A stretch of DNA of 64,000 nucleotides from positions 1,253,061 through 1,317,060 of the forward strand of contig MU058423.1 in assembly GCA_013265495.1 (NCBI GenBank), in the 5' to 3' direction. This DNA is from Vicugna vicugna. Its lineage: Eukaryota. Positions 14,035 to 28,300 of this stretch are shown here, in pieces; the stretch's first letter is position 1; every line of letters starts with the position of its first letter. A model generated the notes under the pieces. It ran no database searches, was not told where the DNA came from, and saw only the letters and a program-made list of their open reading frames with translations. A program made the position numbers and the translations under genes.

Positions 14035-16261
14035 TGATTTTTTGCTTTTTCATTTCTCTAAAAATGTTTCTACGTAGTACCAATCCTTTTACCACTGTTT
14101 GCTTTAGTTTCAGTGCCCACATCATAGACAGGTCCATGTCATCAAAGAAACCAAAGCAGTCTTGAATAAATGGAGCCCTTCTGCCAGATGGTCTAATGCC
14201 AATTTGTTTTCTGTCACTGCTTCATCCACGTCTCCTTCCTTCTCGTTTGGTATTGGTTTGGAAGTGCTCATCTCCATCTAGTCATCTTCTGTTAATTGTC
14301 TGTTTTCTCTTGAATTTTTCCAAGTCCATATGCTGAAATCCTTCACCTTTCTATCTTTTTTTTTTTGGCCATATCCACAATCTCTTTCATGATTTCCTTG
14401 ATTGACTCTTGATGAATCCTGTGAAGTCATGCATAACATCTGGACACAATTTTCTGCAACTATTTATTGTTTTGGGCTTGGTGGCTTTCATGGCTTTTTC
14501 TGTAACACTGATGACATCTTCAGTGGTGTAATCCATCAAGAATTTTAAGATGTTCTATCAGGGTTCTCTTCCACAGCATCTACAATCCTTTCTATAGAGT
14601 ACTATGTGTAATGAGCCTTAAAGGTCCTTATGACCCCTGATCTGAGGTTGAATTAGAGACATAGTGTTTGGGGGGAACTAGCTCACTTTGATGCTTTCAG
14701 TGTTGAACTTATAGGATTCTGGGTGTCCAGGGTAATTGTTCAATATCAAAGGAATTTTAAAAGGCAGTCCCTACTTGCAAAGTACTTCCTGACTTCAGGA
14801 ACAAAGCATCGAGGGAACCAATCCAGAAAAAGTGTTCTCCTTGGACTGAGCTGGTGTTTATCTTCTTCCTTTAAGGCTTGGAGGTTAGCAGCTTTATATA
14901 TAAGGGCAGTCCTGATCATAAACCTGACTGCATTTGTGCAAAACAGTAGACTTAGCCTATCCCTTCCTGCCTCAAATGCCAGTCCTTGCTCTCTTCCTTA
15001 CTCATAAATGTCCTTTGTGGCATTTTTTTCCCCCAGAATAAGACACTTTCATCTGCAATAAAAACTTGTTTAGGCTGATATTCTTTTTCTCTGTTATTTG
15101 TTAATGGCATCTGGGAATGTCTGTTGCCTCTTGGTTGGCAAAAGCTGCTTCTCCTGTTACATTGACAATATTTAAATAAGCCAAGCCTTTTCCTAAAATT
15201 ATCATCCTTTATTGGCATTAATTTCTCCAAATTTAGACCCTTCACTTTCCTTTTGCTTCAAGTTGTCATATAATGACTTCACTTTTTCTTGAATCATCTT
15301 AGGGTCTATAAGTGTGCCTTTCTTATAGCAATCCTGCACCCGTATAAAAGTTGCATTTTCAGTACGAGATAAAAAGGTTACTTCACAAAAAGTGCATGGT
15401 TTTCATGCCTGCTGGTGACTTCATGAGTTTTCTTTCCTTCCTTCCTTCCTTCCTTCCTTCCTTCCTTCCTTCCTTCCTTCCTCTCTTCCTCCCTCTCTTT
15501 CCTTCCTTCCTTCTTTTTTCTTTCCAATGGTTCTTTCACTGGATTCATTTATCTTGAAATAGAGGGCAAATGCAGCTGCAGACGCCAACCTTCAGAATAT
15601 AGCAAGCAATTCAACTTTTTTTCTTGTAATGTCATGACTTTTCTCTGCTTCTTGGAAGAACCTCCAGCATCACTAGTGGCAGTTTGTATCAATCCCATGG
15701 TGTTATTCAAGGTTTATGGTATTGCACCAAACACAATGAAAAATACAAGAGAATTACTTTTTACTCAATACAAAATTTACTGCAGAGACAACTGCTCATG
15801 TGGAGATTAGCATTATATGGCATTGTCAGCAGATACTCGCAATGCTTGAGCTCCCCGCAATAGCAACAGGAGGTGGCTATGAGATTATTACAGTAGTATA
15901 GTATGTTACTAAAGTTAATTTTATGAAGTTATGATTTAATACTGTATCTTTACATTTCTCTTGACTGTGAATGGCGCCATGTATGGTCTGTAAGTGTTTG
16001 TATGCATAAGTTTTGATAAATTTTAACTTTTTGTGATAGATTTGTATATATTTTATAGGTGTAATGAATGATACATATATCTTAAGCATTCAAGACAGAC
16101 CTAGCTTTTTCTTAATTTTTTCAATAGTTCTAGGCTAGGTGATTTGTCTGTGATATTTTTCAAATTGTCACAAATCTCCAAAATTTTTCCAATATATTTA
16201 TTGAAAAAAATCCTAAGCAGAACTATGCAATTCAAATTGGCATTGTTCAAGGTCAAATGTA
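14035..16261 (-). mobile_element. Tigger2-like TcMar DNA transposon, decayed
   Basis: Transposase remnant (QVFIADESVLFWGKKMPQRTF) on -, terminal sequence ...gttcaaggtcaaatgta at ~16245-16261; interrupted by (TTCC)n at ~15431-15520. Subfamily from memory. Confidence 0.8.
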
Positions 16262-16699
16262 GTTATTTCTGACTGGAGTAACCACAGTCAAAATCTCCTC
16301 TGGGTGTAGTTTTAATCCTGGAAATTCTGGCCTTTCACTTTTTGGTTGTTGTACTCTACCTATATGTCCCCACCCCTTAACTTAAAGGTGACTACCTACA
16401 GGTTACTGAATCATAGCTTTAAGTGAAGAAGTTGACATACTGGATCTGATCTGTGGCCCAGACTTGGGTCCCATTGTCTGACCAAGAACTGTTTGGGAAT
16501 ATTCTTGGCAAAAGTTTGAGACTGCAATCTTATCTCCTGCTAAAACTACACTTTAGAGCCACCACTTATAATGTTTCAGTTGTGAGTTTAGAAGCATTGG
16601 TTTTTAAAACCCTGTGAGGTCCCAAATTAAAGGGTTCTCAGCTTAGATGGTATGTGAACAATTTCCTATTTTATCTCCGTCTCGTGCTATCCAACTGCT

Positions 16700-17870
16700 G
16701 AAATTCCTCCACAGTGCCCTCTGGAATTTACAGTCTGTTATCAGCAAAGTGACTTACTGCCTCAACCTATTCTTTCACCGATCCCTTCATCTTCTTGTTT
16801 TATGGAAACCTAGTTCCTTCCTGGCAATGCCATTTCCTCTTGGGTGATAGCCAGTTTTTCTTCAGCATCTCTGGGCCTGGAGGGGTATTTTTCTCTTTCC
16901 TTACTGCACTTTTGGGCCATTTTTGCTGTGTATTTTCTAAAACCTTCCAGATTCGCATCTCATATCATCAGGTTATATCAATTACTACTCTGGTTGTCTG
17001 GTGTCATACTGCTTTGGCAGTTTTAGCTCCTGGTTCACTGTCACTCTCTCCAATACTGCTCCAGTATTAATTCTTGCTCCTCTCATATTGATATTCTTTC
17101 AAAAAATCATTAAATGACTAATTATTGTTAAATCTTGTTCCACCAGGGTCTTGAATTTCTTTCCTCCAATTGGTTTTTCCTCTACCCTTCCTCAGCCTCT
17201 TACTTCCAAGATCATGCCCTGAATGGTGTCATTCTACTAATAGTAACTGATCCACAATTTCAGAGTCATGCAATCCACTCTCTAACTTCCACTCTCTATC
17301 TTTCTAGGTCATTCTCTCTAATACTTTAATCCCAATGATTCTTTGACTTCACCAAGATCCACTGATTTAATTACCTTTTCACTGCCCCTTACCCACTAGA
17401 TGCCTTCATTCCCTTCTTAACCAGCTGAAATTCTATGGTCAGTCATTGCAATCACTCCCTTGCTTCCTTGACTCCTTTGTACTTTCTTGCTTCACCTGCT
17501 CTTTTGGCAAAATCATAACCCTGACGAAATTCAACTCTGCCAACTCCACTCCCGTATTTATGCTGCTGAGTGTGCTGAAGAAAAGGACAGAATCTCACTG
17601 ATGGGTCTCACTTTTAATTATGACCCTGGACCTCAAGAAGAACCCTATTGTTGCCAAGAAATCTTACCATATGCCAATGTACCATCATCCAATCATTCTA
17701 TCATTCTTGATGACTACCTGACACCTCCTCTCCTCAAATTTCCTATACATGTGCCCCAGTCTTCACTCTTAGCTGCTGATTTTGGATCCTTTTTCATTGA
17801 AAAACTCTGAGGCAGTCATTGAACAACTTCTACAGACTCCCACACCACACCCCCTGAACACTCTGCCTTC
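16700..17870 (+). mobile_element. LINE-2 internal fragment, ancient
   Basis: Pyrimidine-rich decayed sequence resembling the L2 endonuclease/ORF2 region; recognised by eye only. Confidence 0.55.
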
Positions 17871-18339
17871 CTGCTGATCTCTAGAGGTGAACCATAGTAA
17901 CAAGCAGAAGTACACGTTCGTGTAGTTCTTTTAGAACCATGATTATCTTTCACATGGCCCAACAATAAATAAATAAAATCAAAGATATAGTGGTGGTGGT
18001 TGTGATGGGGCAATGCAAATCTGCAATACAGTGACAAATAAACTTAACTGTATTAAAAAATACAACAACATAACCACATTGAAAGGATTAGGGAAGAAAA
18101 GAACTAACCATATTAACTTTGGAAAGTAGAGCATTTTGCATATATACCAAAAGGCTGAAGACAAAAGGAATTGTACACAAATTCTTAGTCTAGTTAGCAA
18201 ATTTGTTTTTATAGGAACATATGTTAGCAATTCTGAAACTACTTTATGTGTATTCCAGAATTAAACAAGTAAATATTCTGTGGATAATGAAAGTCAGACT
18301 TCTTACCAACAGAGAAATAAGTTAAAAATAAGGAAATGG

Positions 18340-21300
18340 GGAAGTCTGACCAAGATGGTGGAGTAGAAGGATGTGTAGCTCACCCTCTCCCATGAGTACA
18401 CCAAAAACTGTATCTACATATGGAACAATTCACACAGAATACCTACTGAAATTTGGCAGAATATCTCTTACATTGGAAATGTGATGTAAGGCAAATCCTC
18501 ACAAAACCAGGTAGGAAGGGAAAAAAAAAAGGAAATTGGTGTGGGATCTGTCTCCCACGGAGGTAGCAGCAAAGGAGGAAAAGCATCCCCACCCTGGGAA
18601 CTCCCCTCTCCAGTGGGGAGGTCAGCTGGGACAGAAAGGGAGCTTTAGAGGTTTGGAGGAGAAAGCATCAGCCTCTTGGCAGACAGAACTGAGAGAAACT
18701 GGCACAGAGGGTCCATGCGATCCCTAGCCCAAGGTGTGAGCCACTGCAGACAGGCCAGGACCTGGGGCTGATCTTGGGCTTCCACGGATGAACCTGGGGA
18801 GAGGACTGGGGCCGACTGTGCAGAGGCAGTCTCAGGGGGCTGGAGTGTGGTGTGGGCTGAGGCTGAGAGGGTGTGCAGAACAGCCTGGTCCCCTATAGTG
18901 AGTACTACTTCTGGTGCATGTGTTGGGGAGGGGTGCAACACAGCCTGGCCATAGCAGCCTTCTCCACTAGCCAGAGGGCATGGCTTGCACACATTTTTGC
19001 AGAGCAGAAAGGCATAGTTCAGAAATAGCAGTCTTCTCGGCTTCCTCTGGAGGGACACAATTGCTGGCGTGTGGCTCCAGGGCAGGGGTGGGTTTGAAAC
19101 CTGAATCCATTCCCAGAGGTCCCATGACTTCAAAGATGGGACTGAGATTTGATTTGAGTCCCAGTTGTTGGTGGTGGATTTGCCCCACAGGTGCCTGTGT
19201 AGGCCTGTACCTCTGAGACAACTGAGTGGAGTTCTGGCTTACAGCAGGGGTGGGTCTGGTATTAACAGCAGACCTGAATACTATATGCAGATATGGGGCT
19301 AGGGTTTGGGCTGACTTTGTGGATCATGGTGGATCCAGATGCATGACTGTACACACCCTGTGGTGGGTCCTAGTACATAACATTGGTGGATCTTCACTGG
19401 TGGCTCTGTGGCACAGAACTTGGGGAACACCAGGGTCGGTTGCTGACATTCATGCAGCTGAGGTGGGGGAACAAGGGCAGTAACAACAAAGTGTACTTTG
19501 TAGGCTAGCAGAAGCTGTGAAAGATGAAACCACAGAGGACACTTTCCAGTGGACATCTTCCATGGAGGCATACTAAGCAGTTCCTCTTCCAGTGGAAGCA
19601 CACCAGTTCCTCCTACCACACACCACAGCTCAGAACGGGACTGAAAGCCTCTATTCCAACAACAGGGGAGAGACTTGGCTCCTGTCAGGGCTGTGACAAC
19701 CACAGAGCAAAGATGAGGTCCTGGTCAATAACCAGTGCAGGCTCTGGTCACCAAAACACCAACCACAGTCAAGGGAATAACAATGAGCACACATAGAGGA
19801 AAGACATGGCAACCATCCATACTAAAAACAGCCCTTATGACAAAATTATTAGATGTGCACAGCCTACACAGGGACACTCCCACTTTAAAAAAACACATTT
19901 CAAGATGACAGGAGATAACTGTTACTCTGAAATTCATAGAGCCAGAAAAATATACATAAAATGAAGAAGCAGAGGAACCAGTCCCAACTAAAAGAACAAG
20001 CAAAGTCTGCTGAAGGGATGAACAATGTAATAGACCTCAAGAGTCTACTAGATCCTGAGTTCAAAAAGGAGGTGATAAAATCCCTGAATGAAATGACAGG
20101 TCATCAATAGAAATACAGTATACTGTAAAAAGGAAATAGAAACTACAAAAAGGAGCGAATTAAAAGCAGAAGACTCATTTGCTGAGATAAAAGCCAAGCT
20201 AAAGGCAGTCAATAGCAGACTAAATAATACAGAAGAACAAATAAGTGATTTAGAAGACATGATAATAGAAATCACCCAATCAGAACAGCAAACAGAAAGC
20301 AAATGAAAACAAATGAAAGCAACATAAGGGACCTATGGGATAATATAAAACATTCCAATCTACACAGGGATCCCAGAGGAGATGAAAGAGAAAAGAAGAT
20401 AAAAAATATATTTGAAGAAATTATAACTGAAAACTTCCTAAACCTAAAGAAGGAAGCAGATATCCAACTACAGGAAGGACAGAGGGTCCCAAGCAAGATG
20501 AACCTCAGCATATCTAACCAAGATATATTGTAATTAAGATGGCCACAGTTAGAGAAAATATTCTAAAAGCAGCAGGAGAAAAAAGAGTTAGTTACAAGGG
20601 AACCCCCATAAGGCTATCAGCTGATTTCTCTACAGACATTGCAGGCCAGAAGGGAGTGGCAAGATATATTCAAAGCCCTCAAAGAGAAAACCCTGCAACC
20701 TAGCATATTCTACCCAGCAAGACTATTCTTTAGAATAGGAGAAGTAAAGAATTTCTCAGACAAGCAAAACCTAAAAATATAGCAATATTAAATCTATCCT
20801 AAAACAAATATTGAAAGGTCTTCTCTAAATAGAATACAAGCAAGCATCTATAGAAAGGGAAAAAAAACACAATTAGAAATGTGATAACTATAATGAAGAT
20901 CAGGAGAAAAAACATAAAAAAGAGATTAAAAGAGGACATAAAAATCATAAAATGTGGGAGAGGGAAGCAAGCAAATAAGAGTTTTTTTCATTCGTTTTAG
21001 GATGTGTTTGAGCCTATATGATTACCAATGTAAAGCAAATAGATATAGTAATGAATTAAAATACTTGAAAAACAAGGTAACCACAAATCAAAAGTATACA
21101 ATAGAGTCATGAAAACCAAAAAGACAATAAATTAAGCTAAAACAAAAGAAAATAAACTACAAAAGATAAAACAAACAGACAAAAAAGAACAAAAAATACA
21201 AACAAAATCAACTGGAAAACAAAGTTTAAAATGGCAATAAACACATTTATCAATAATTACAATAATGTCGATGGACTAAATTCTCCAATCAAAAGACACA

Positions 21301-23028
21301 GAGTGTCAGATTGGATAATGAAAAAAGAGCCTACAACATGTGGCCTATAAGAGATCCACTCTAGGGAGAAGAACACAAATAGATTGAAAATGAGAGGATG
21401 GAAAAAGATATTTCATGCAAATGCAAATGACGAGAAAGCAGGGGTAGCAATACTCATATCAGACAAAATAGACTTTAAAGCAAAGGCCATAAAGAAAGGT
21501 AAAGAAGAACACTATATAATGATAAAAGGAGCAATACAAGGAGAGAATATTACATTTGTTAACATATAGACACCCAGTATAGAAGCACCTAAATATACAC
21601 AACAAATACTAACAGACATAAAGGAAGAAATTGATAGGAATACAACAACAATAGGAAACTTTAACACCTCACTAACATCATTGAACAGATCTTCCAGACA
21701 GAAAATCAGTAAGGCAACAGAGACACTAAAAGACACAACAGGACAGTTAGTTGATATTTTCAGGACATCACATCCAAAAAACCCAGAAAATACATTCTTT
21801 TTAAGTGCACATGGAACATTCTCTAAGATAGAAGATGATTCTTGATTATTAGAAATTATTTGAAACACCTTTTCTGACCACAATGGCATGAAACTAGAAA
21901 TCAACCACAGAAAGAAAAATGAGAAAAAAATGACTGCGTGGAGACTAAACAACATGCTACTAGAAAACCAATGAGTCAATGATAAAATCAAAGAAGAAAT
22001 CAGAAAATGCTTTGAGACAAATGACAATGAAAATACAACCACACAAAATCTGAGATGCAGCAAAAGCAGTCCTAAGAGGGAAATTCATAGTGATATAGGC
22101 CTTCCTCAAAAAAACAAGAACAATCTCAAATAAATAACCGAACCTACCATTTAAAAGAATTAGAAAAAGAAGAGCAAACAAAACTTTAAGTCAGTAGAAG
22201 GAGAGAATAATAAAGATCAGGGATGAAATAAATAAAATAGAGATTTTTTAAAAATCAAAAATCAATCAAAATAGAGCTGTTTTTTTTTTTGAAAGAGTAA
22301 CCAAAATCAACAAACCTCTGTCCAGGCTCACCAAGAAGAAAAAGAGAGGACACAAATAATCAAAATAAAAATGAAAATGGAGAAATCACAACCAACACCA
22401 CAGAATTATAATATATATATATATATAATATATATATATATATAAAAGAATACTATAAATAACTATATGGAAACAAATTGGACAACCTAGAAGAGATGGA
22501 CAAGTTTCTAGAAACATATAGTCCATTAAAACTGAATCAAGAAGAGAGAGATAACTTTAACAGACCAATCACTAGAAGTGAAATAGAATCAGCAATAGAA
22601 AACCTTCCTGCAAACAAAAGTCCAGGACCAGATGGCTTCACTGGGGAATTCTACCAAACATACAGGGAACACATACTGGTCCTTCTCAAACTTTTCCAAA
22701 AGACTGAGGAGGAGGGAACACTCCTAAATTCATTTTATGAAGCCACCATCACCGATACCCAAACCAGACAAAGACACTAACAAAAAAGAAAATTACAGGC
22801 CAATATCATTTCTGAACATATATGAAAAAATCCTCAACAAAATATTAGCAAACAATTCCAACAATACATAAAAAAGATCATCTACTGTGATCAAGTTGGA
22901 TTTATCCCAGGGACACAAGTTTCAACATATGCAAATCAATCAATGTGATACACCGCATCAACAAAAGAAAGGACAAAAATCACATGATCATTTCAATAGA
23001 TGCAGAAAAAGCATTTGATGAAATTCAA
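18340..23028 (+). mobile_element. LINE-1 with 5'UTR, disrupted ORF1 and 5' half of ORF2; 3'-truncated
   Basis: 5' end ccaagatggtggagtagaagg; ORF1 pieces (NIRDLWDNIK, IFEEIITENFLNL); ORF2 from ~21231 with endonuclease (WKKIFHAN..KAGVAILISDKIDFK) and [28 protein letters not shown]; stops after [16 protein letters not shown]. (TA)n at ~22406-22444. Confidence 0.92.
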
Positions 23029-23091
23029 ATTCTGCCCTCAATCTTGGAGACTCCATGGTCAAGAGGAACAAATGAAGGTGGTCACAACTTT

Positions 23092-26000
23092 TCAGTTGTA
23101 ATACAGGCTTAGGTAGGCCACACGGCTCCGATGCTTCCTAAAGTCTTTGTCTGTGGACAGCTGCAATGAAGGAATAAGGTCTAGGTCAGTGTTCTAATGA
23201 GAGCCCTTTGCTTCTGGTCTTCCTGGCTGTGCAAAATACAGCTGCACCCTATAGCTGCTGGGGCCCAGCTGAGCCCCACCCCCACAGTAATCCGGCCTTA
23301 GTGACTCTCTCAATACTGGCATGTGTATCTGCTTCCTGTCATCTTACTCTGGTGCGTATCATGCTAGAAATTATTTTCTCCTTAGTAAATCTCCAAGTAT
23401 GGCTGTTAAATTTCATGAAAACAAAGATTATATGTTTAATTCTTAACCATTACCCATAGGCCCTAGCATAATAATATTAATACATCAGGCATTTAATAAA
23501 TACTTGTAGAATTAATGCAGAGTTCTACCAGGGAAAAACAAGGCACTTCTGGAATTATGACAGCTGACATGGGTTGAACATTTGTGATGTTACAGGTATT
23601 GTGCTAAATGCTTTTCTACATTATCTCAATCTTTACAACCTTATGAAATTGAGTCTAATATTAACCCATTGCAAGACAAGCAACTTTTCTAAGATGGGCT
23701 TAGAAAAGTTAGAGGACTTGCACAAGATCACACAGCAAGCAAATATGGAGCTAGTGTTTGAACCCAGGCAGTCTGTCCCGCAATCCAGGTTCTTGCCAGA
23801 ATGAGCTACAGCCCCTTGACGATCTAAAACTCAAGTGGTGTGATGGAAAGAGCACTGGCTTAGGAGTCACAGTATCTGGATTCTAGCTGACCAACATCCA
23901 TAAGTCACTCAATCCACCTGAGCCTCAGTTTCCTCCTCAATCATAGGGGGATGATTATCTCGGATTACCACAGAAGATTATTTGAGGATTAACTAAGAAA
24001 ATCTGACTTGTTCAGACATACACCTTTAAAAAATCAAGTGAAATTGTGTAACTCTCCAAAAAGATCCCCATATGCATATACATAAAAATTGTACATGTAA
24101 TTTCAGGGGAACAAGGACTTGTTGAAACTTATTCACAGATTGCTGGTTAAGAATCACTGATAAACATGAAAGAATTAGGTAGAATGCCCTACACAAGTCC
24201 AATCTGGTACTACCTCAGCTTTCAGGGTTCGTTTCTGTAGACATGGAATCTGAGCCCAGTCTGGAGATCCAAATCTCATTGGCCAGGTGACTTTCCGAGG
24301 TGGCTTTATCTCTGGGTTGTATGTGGTAGGTCTAGAAATAAAAATACAAAACATCATGTGTAATGAGTTAGTGACCCTTATTATACTACCCTCAATCTAG
24401 TCCTAAGTCTTTGGAAAAAGGCAACCAACTGGTGTAGCATAGGGTTCCTTTGCTTGTTAATGTATTTCTAATTAGGTTTTAATGTTCAAGCTATTTAGTC
24501 TCAACATGCAGTGAGGGTAAAAACTGACTTTAGTTTAAAATAGTTCTGCAACTTTGTTATCCTTACTGAGAGATCAAAAAAAAAATCCCAGAAATGGTGA
24601 TTGATAAAAGAGATGTACCACAGTAATTCATAAGTACTGATCATGATGTACAATTAAGGCTAAAAGAGCAATGATAATTTAATGTGTCAGCAACCTAGGG
24701 GATAGCAAAGCAGAACCAGGTAAATTTCTTGACAAGATTATTTTATAATTGCCTTTTTTCCACAACACTTTGTCTTTTGGTGCAGACTTTGCTGTGGTGG
24801 AAATAACATTTATACTGGATGCAGGAATCAAGATTCAACACTTCTACTTCCTCACTGCAACAGTGAGAAAGTTACACTCACTCTCTGATCCTTGGATTTC
24901 TTACCAGTAAAAGAAAGGCCCCATGTTCTACAATGCCATACATTCTGAATGGCTTTCTAAAACACTTGGAATGTCTTCCATGGTCTGCAAGACCTACATA
25001 CTCTAGCCTCGCCCCTCCTCCTCTGTTATCATTTCCTCTTTGCTCACCACACTCTAGCCATATTGAACTTCTTTCTTCCTCACACAAAATTCCTCCCCAA
25101 GGTACAGCATTTTTATATGCTGTTCCTCCTGTCTGGGCAGCTCTGGGCCCAGATCTTCACAAGCTCAGTCTCGTCATTGTGATTTCAGATCAAGTGTCAT
25201 TTCCCCAGAAAGACCTATCTTGACAATCCTTGCTAAAGTAGATTTCAGTCCATCACTCCGTATCATATCATCATCCTGTTTGATTTTCTTCAGCCCATCA
25301 CCAGGTCACCATACTTCCCAGTGTACCCATGACAGCCCCAGCTAATGGTTAAACTATCTTGGTATAATTATTAACAAGTCCCCTTTTCACTCTCCGAAGT
25401 GTCACAGTCTAACTAATAAGTACTCTCCTTATTACTATTGATATTTTCTTGTTTATTGGCTTCTCATCTCTCTGGACTCTCAGATGTAAGCTCCAAGAAA
25501 TCAGGAGCCTTGTGTGATGGATTTAATGCAAAATTCCTGAAATCTACAAAACTGCCTGCTCATTTATAAATATTTATTGAATGACTCACTACAATTTACA
25601 ATTTTATGATTCTAGAGACCTGGATGGCAAGAGTTTGAAACTTTAAAGATGAGTGATTTCTTATCTAGCAGGTATGGTTGGGATGTAACCCCTTCTTGTA
25701 TCTCCCTTCCTATTGTTCTTCTCTGAAGTGCACCAGAAAAGGGACACGTACCCAGGATAACAAGGGTCCTTTGAGTATGTCCTAAATCGAGGTGACAAGG
25801 CATTAAATGGAGCTAAATTTCGTTTGTCTTTTTGTCCCCAAGGATTGACTGTCTGGTACATGCCTGGGTAAGGTGTTGTATCCTGTTTCCAAGAAAAAGA
25901 TCAATATGTTAGAGAAGAAAAAAACAGAATCATCTTTTCCCTGTGCATGTATTAGCTGTGGTTTAACCAGCTCAAGCTATAGAAATAGGCCTAGAGTAGG

Positions 26001-27685
26001 TAGCAAACCAATATAAGGATATGGTCCAGCTACCTAAAGATACCTGATGCTTAGGTTGTAGAAATAAACCAATGGTGGGTAGAGAGCCAAGGTGACTTGC
26101 TGCACCTACTACCCCCACCATCCCACCATCCCACTCAGAGATTCTTTTAAAGCCAGTATCCCGCTCCTTCATCTTAAGTGTCAGGAAAACGTCCAACTAG
26201 AGATTAAGATTCTATACTGAAGACTTGAAATCCAATCTCACAAAAGGGTGAAGAAGTTGGAATTTGTTTTTTAACTGACAAGAGGATATGATGCATATAA
26301 ATAAACCCTCCAGTATTTTAACATCAGCTGTCTCAGGACTGAAACTCTGCCTTGGTATCATTTCTTCTGAGAACTATGTTTTTACTCTCTTAGAACACTC
26401 TCTCACACACACATTTGCAGTGCTAACACCCAAGCTTTTCAGATAGGGTTCTTAGTAGCTTTTGTCCAAATGACTTTTTTTTCCTTGAATTTCAGGGCAT
26501 ATTTTTTAGGTAACCTCCAGCTTTGCTCTCCAATGCAAAAACATGCAGCAACACAGATCACACTAAAATCTAAGCACATTCAGTCATTTCTAACCTTATT
26601 GATTGGCTTAAACCTCATGGCTGTTCTGGCTCCAAAAGCATATCCTTTTTGACTGGTCGGGATTTTAGACAGGTTGTATGCCAAACCGTACTTCTTCAGG
26701 TAGTATATAGAAAACAAAGAAAGCAAAACCAAACATAGAGAACATTATAGTTACTAAAACAGAGTGAACTTAAGAGTATTTCTGAATTTTCTCTGCAAAG
26801 ATCTTGCCTCCTCTGAATCAAGACCATACAATTACATAAGTAACACAGGTAACTCTACAAAGGAATGTGGCTGGATAGGTAGAATAAATGACATTTCCAT
26901 GTATTCCAATGAATCTAGTCCTCTGAGCCCCACAGTGCTAAGTCTACTCTAATGCAACTGTCAGTCTGATTTTACTGTTTCATAAACTGACTTCCCAACA
27001 CAGCCACAGTGAAGGTTTGAATCATAGGTCTTCAGAGGTAGAAATGAGTGGGGACTATACTGGGAATTGCATAAAGCCTAGGCTTGCATGTGGGGGGGGG
27101 GTGCAAAAGGGCAGCTATGGCCCTTTAACTTCTGACATTGGCCCTGACAGCTTGTTGCAGAAGACCAAGGCACTTTCTCATATTGGGACCCTGAGGTCAC
27201 AAATCCCATAGGATTTTTCTTGCAGAAAACTTGGGCATCCTTTGGTAGCTGGGGAACTGAGACCCACCTAAGGGCAATGAATACTCACATCTTCTGGTAT
27301 GTAATATCCGGGCCCACGGTGGGGCACTCCGCTGAGAGGGAGAAACTTTTTCCCCAGCAAGCTTGGGGGATGGAAGTGAGGAAAGAGCTTCCTCTGCTGA
27401 CGTGTTCCAAAGGAGTAGTTAACCAGCGGCTCTGAGAATCAAGAAGAAGGAGAAATTCCACATGAGGGAAGGTCTTTGTCTAAGTGAGTGCTTGGGGGCA
27501 GGTTGTGAATAGGGAGGCAGAGCAGAGAAGTGGGCAAACGGAGTTCAACAAAACCTGACCAACTCCAAAGCGGGGGGTGAACTACTCTTTTCTCCTCTCC
27601 CAGCTGGTCTTTCCTGGCCTCCCCGCTATTCCACGGGCCCTTTACCCTCGAGTCCGCTCTCCTTACCTGCTTTGTTGAAGCACAT
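23092..27685 (-). CDS. PIFO: Pitchfork / CIMAP3, copy B (192 aa), duplicate paralog
   Basis: Coding exons 27685-27667, 27431-27289, 26693-26595, 25882-25752, 24331-24214, 23160-23092; exon sizes equal copy A, GT-AG, no stops or frameshifts. Hand count gives 15 amino-acid differences from copy A. Exon 3 acceptor is weaker (gaag). Expression unknown. Confidence 0.8.
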
Positions 27686-27722
27686 CGCAGGAGTGCCTCT
27701 AGGGCCAGCGTTTGTGTACCGT

Positions 27723-27736
27723 GTTGCCTAGGAAGC
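27723..27736 (-). promoter_or_regulatory. Degenerate RFX X-box of PIFO copy B
   Basis: GTTGCCTAGGAAGC, one change from copy A; a second half-site GTTGCCTAGG at 27812-27821. Confidence 0.55.
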
Positions 27737-28194
27737 AGAGTCCCGCCAGGCAGCCCCAGGCTGAGCTCCCAGAGGCCTGTGGCTCTGAGCGCCGCCTACT
27801 CAGCAAGTGGGGTTGCCTAGGGGGACACCTTGGGACAGGAACTCTTACCTCCCCTTCCTGGGCGGGAGGTAGGGGGTTATCTGTGTATGAGACGCTAAGG
27901 GCTGAGAGTATGAGGGGGTGGGCAGAGGGTTTTGGAAGCTGGGCCACGGGAAATGCACTGCTGAGGAAGGAGGGACTCCTGAGTTTAGAATGCCCTAAAG
28001 CCCAGGCTGCTAGAATCAGGGATGTAGGAAAACACAGCCTCTGCAGTGATGGCCAAAGAGGGTGGGCTTCCTGGGCGATGCCCAGAGCTGGGGAGTTGGG
28101 GACCTAATGGACTATAGATAGTTCCGTATGAAGCCCCTCTGAGACCCATTTTTCCTTTTCCTCAAGCCACACTCTTCTCCCTTTAAGTGGGGCT

Positions 28195-28300
28195 GGAGTC
28201 TTTTTCATTGATAAGTAGTCTGTAAATAGTTGTAATTTTGGTGTGCCTATGAAAAAAGGTGAGCTCAGGGTCTTTCTACTCCTCTGTCTTGACCGAACTC
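28195..28300 (-). mobile_element. Isolated LINE-1 5'-end fragment (~100 bp)
   Basis: Reverse complement reads gtcaagacagaggagtagaaagaccctgagctcacc...caccaaaattacaactatttacaga, resembling the L1 5' termini at 10555 and 18340. Confidence 0.6.

Larger units (their letters stand above)
23030..28190. repeat. Segmental duplication unit B (direct repeat of ~3305-8445)
   Basis: Collinear homology with unit A; bounded on the left by a truncated L1 ORF2 and on the right by an L1 5'-end fragment. Confidence 0.95.

Noticed and set aside
21512..22063. 183-aa hydrophobic ORF
   Set aside because: Antisense to A-rich L1 ORF2; a common artefact.
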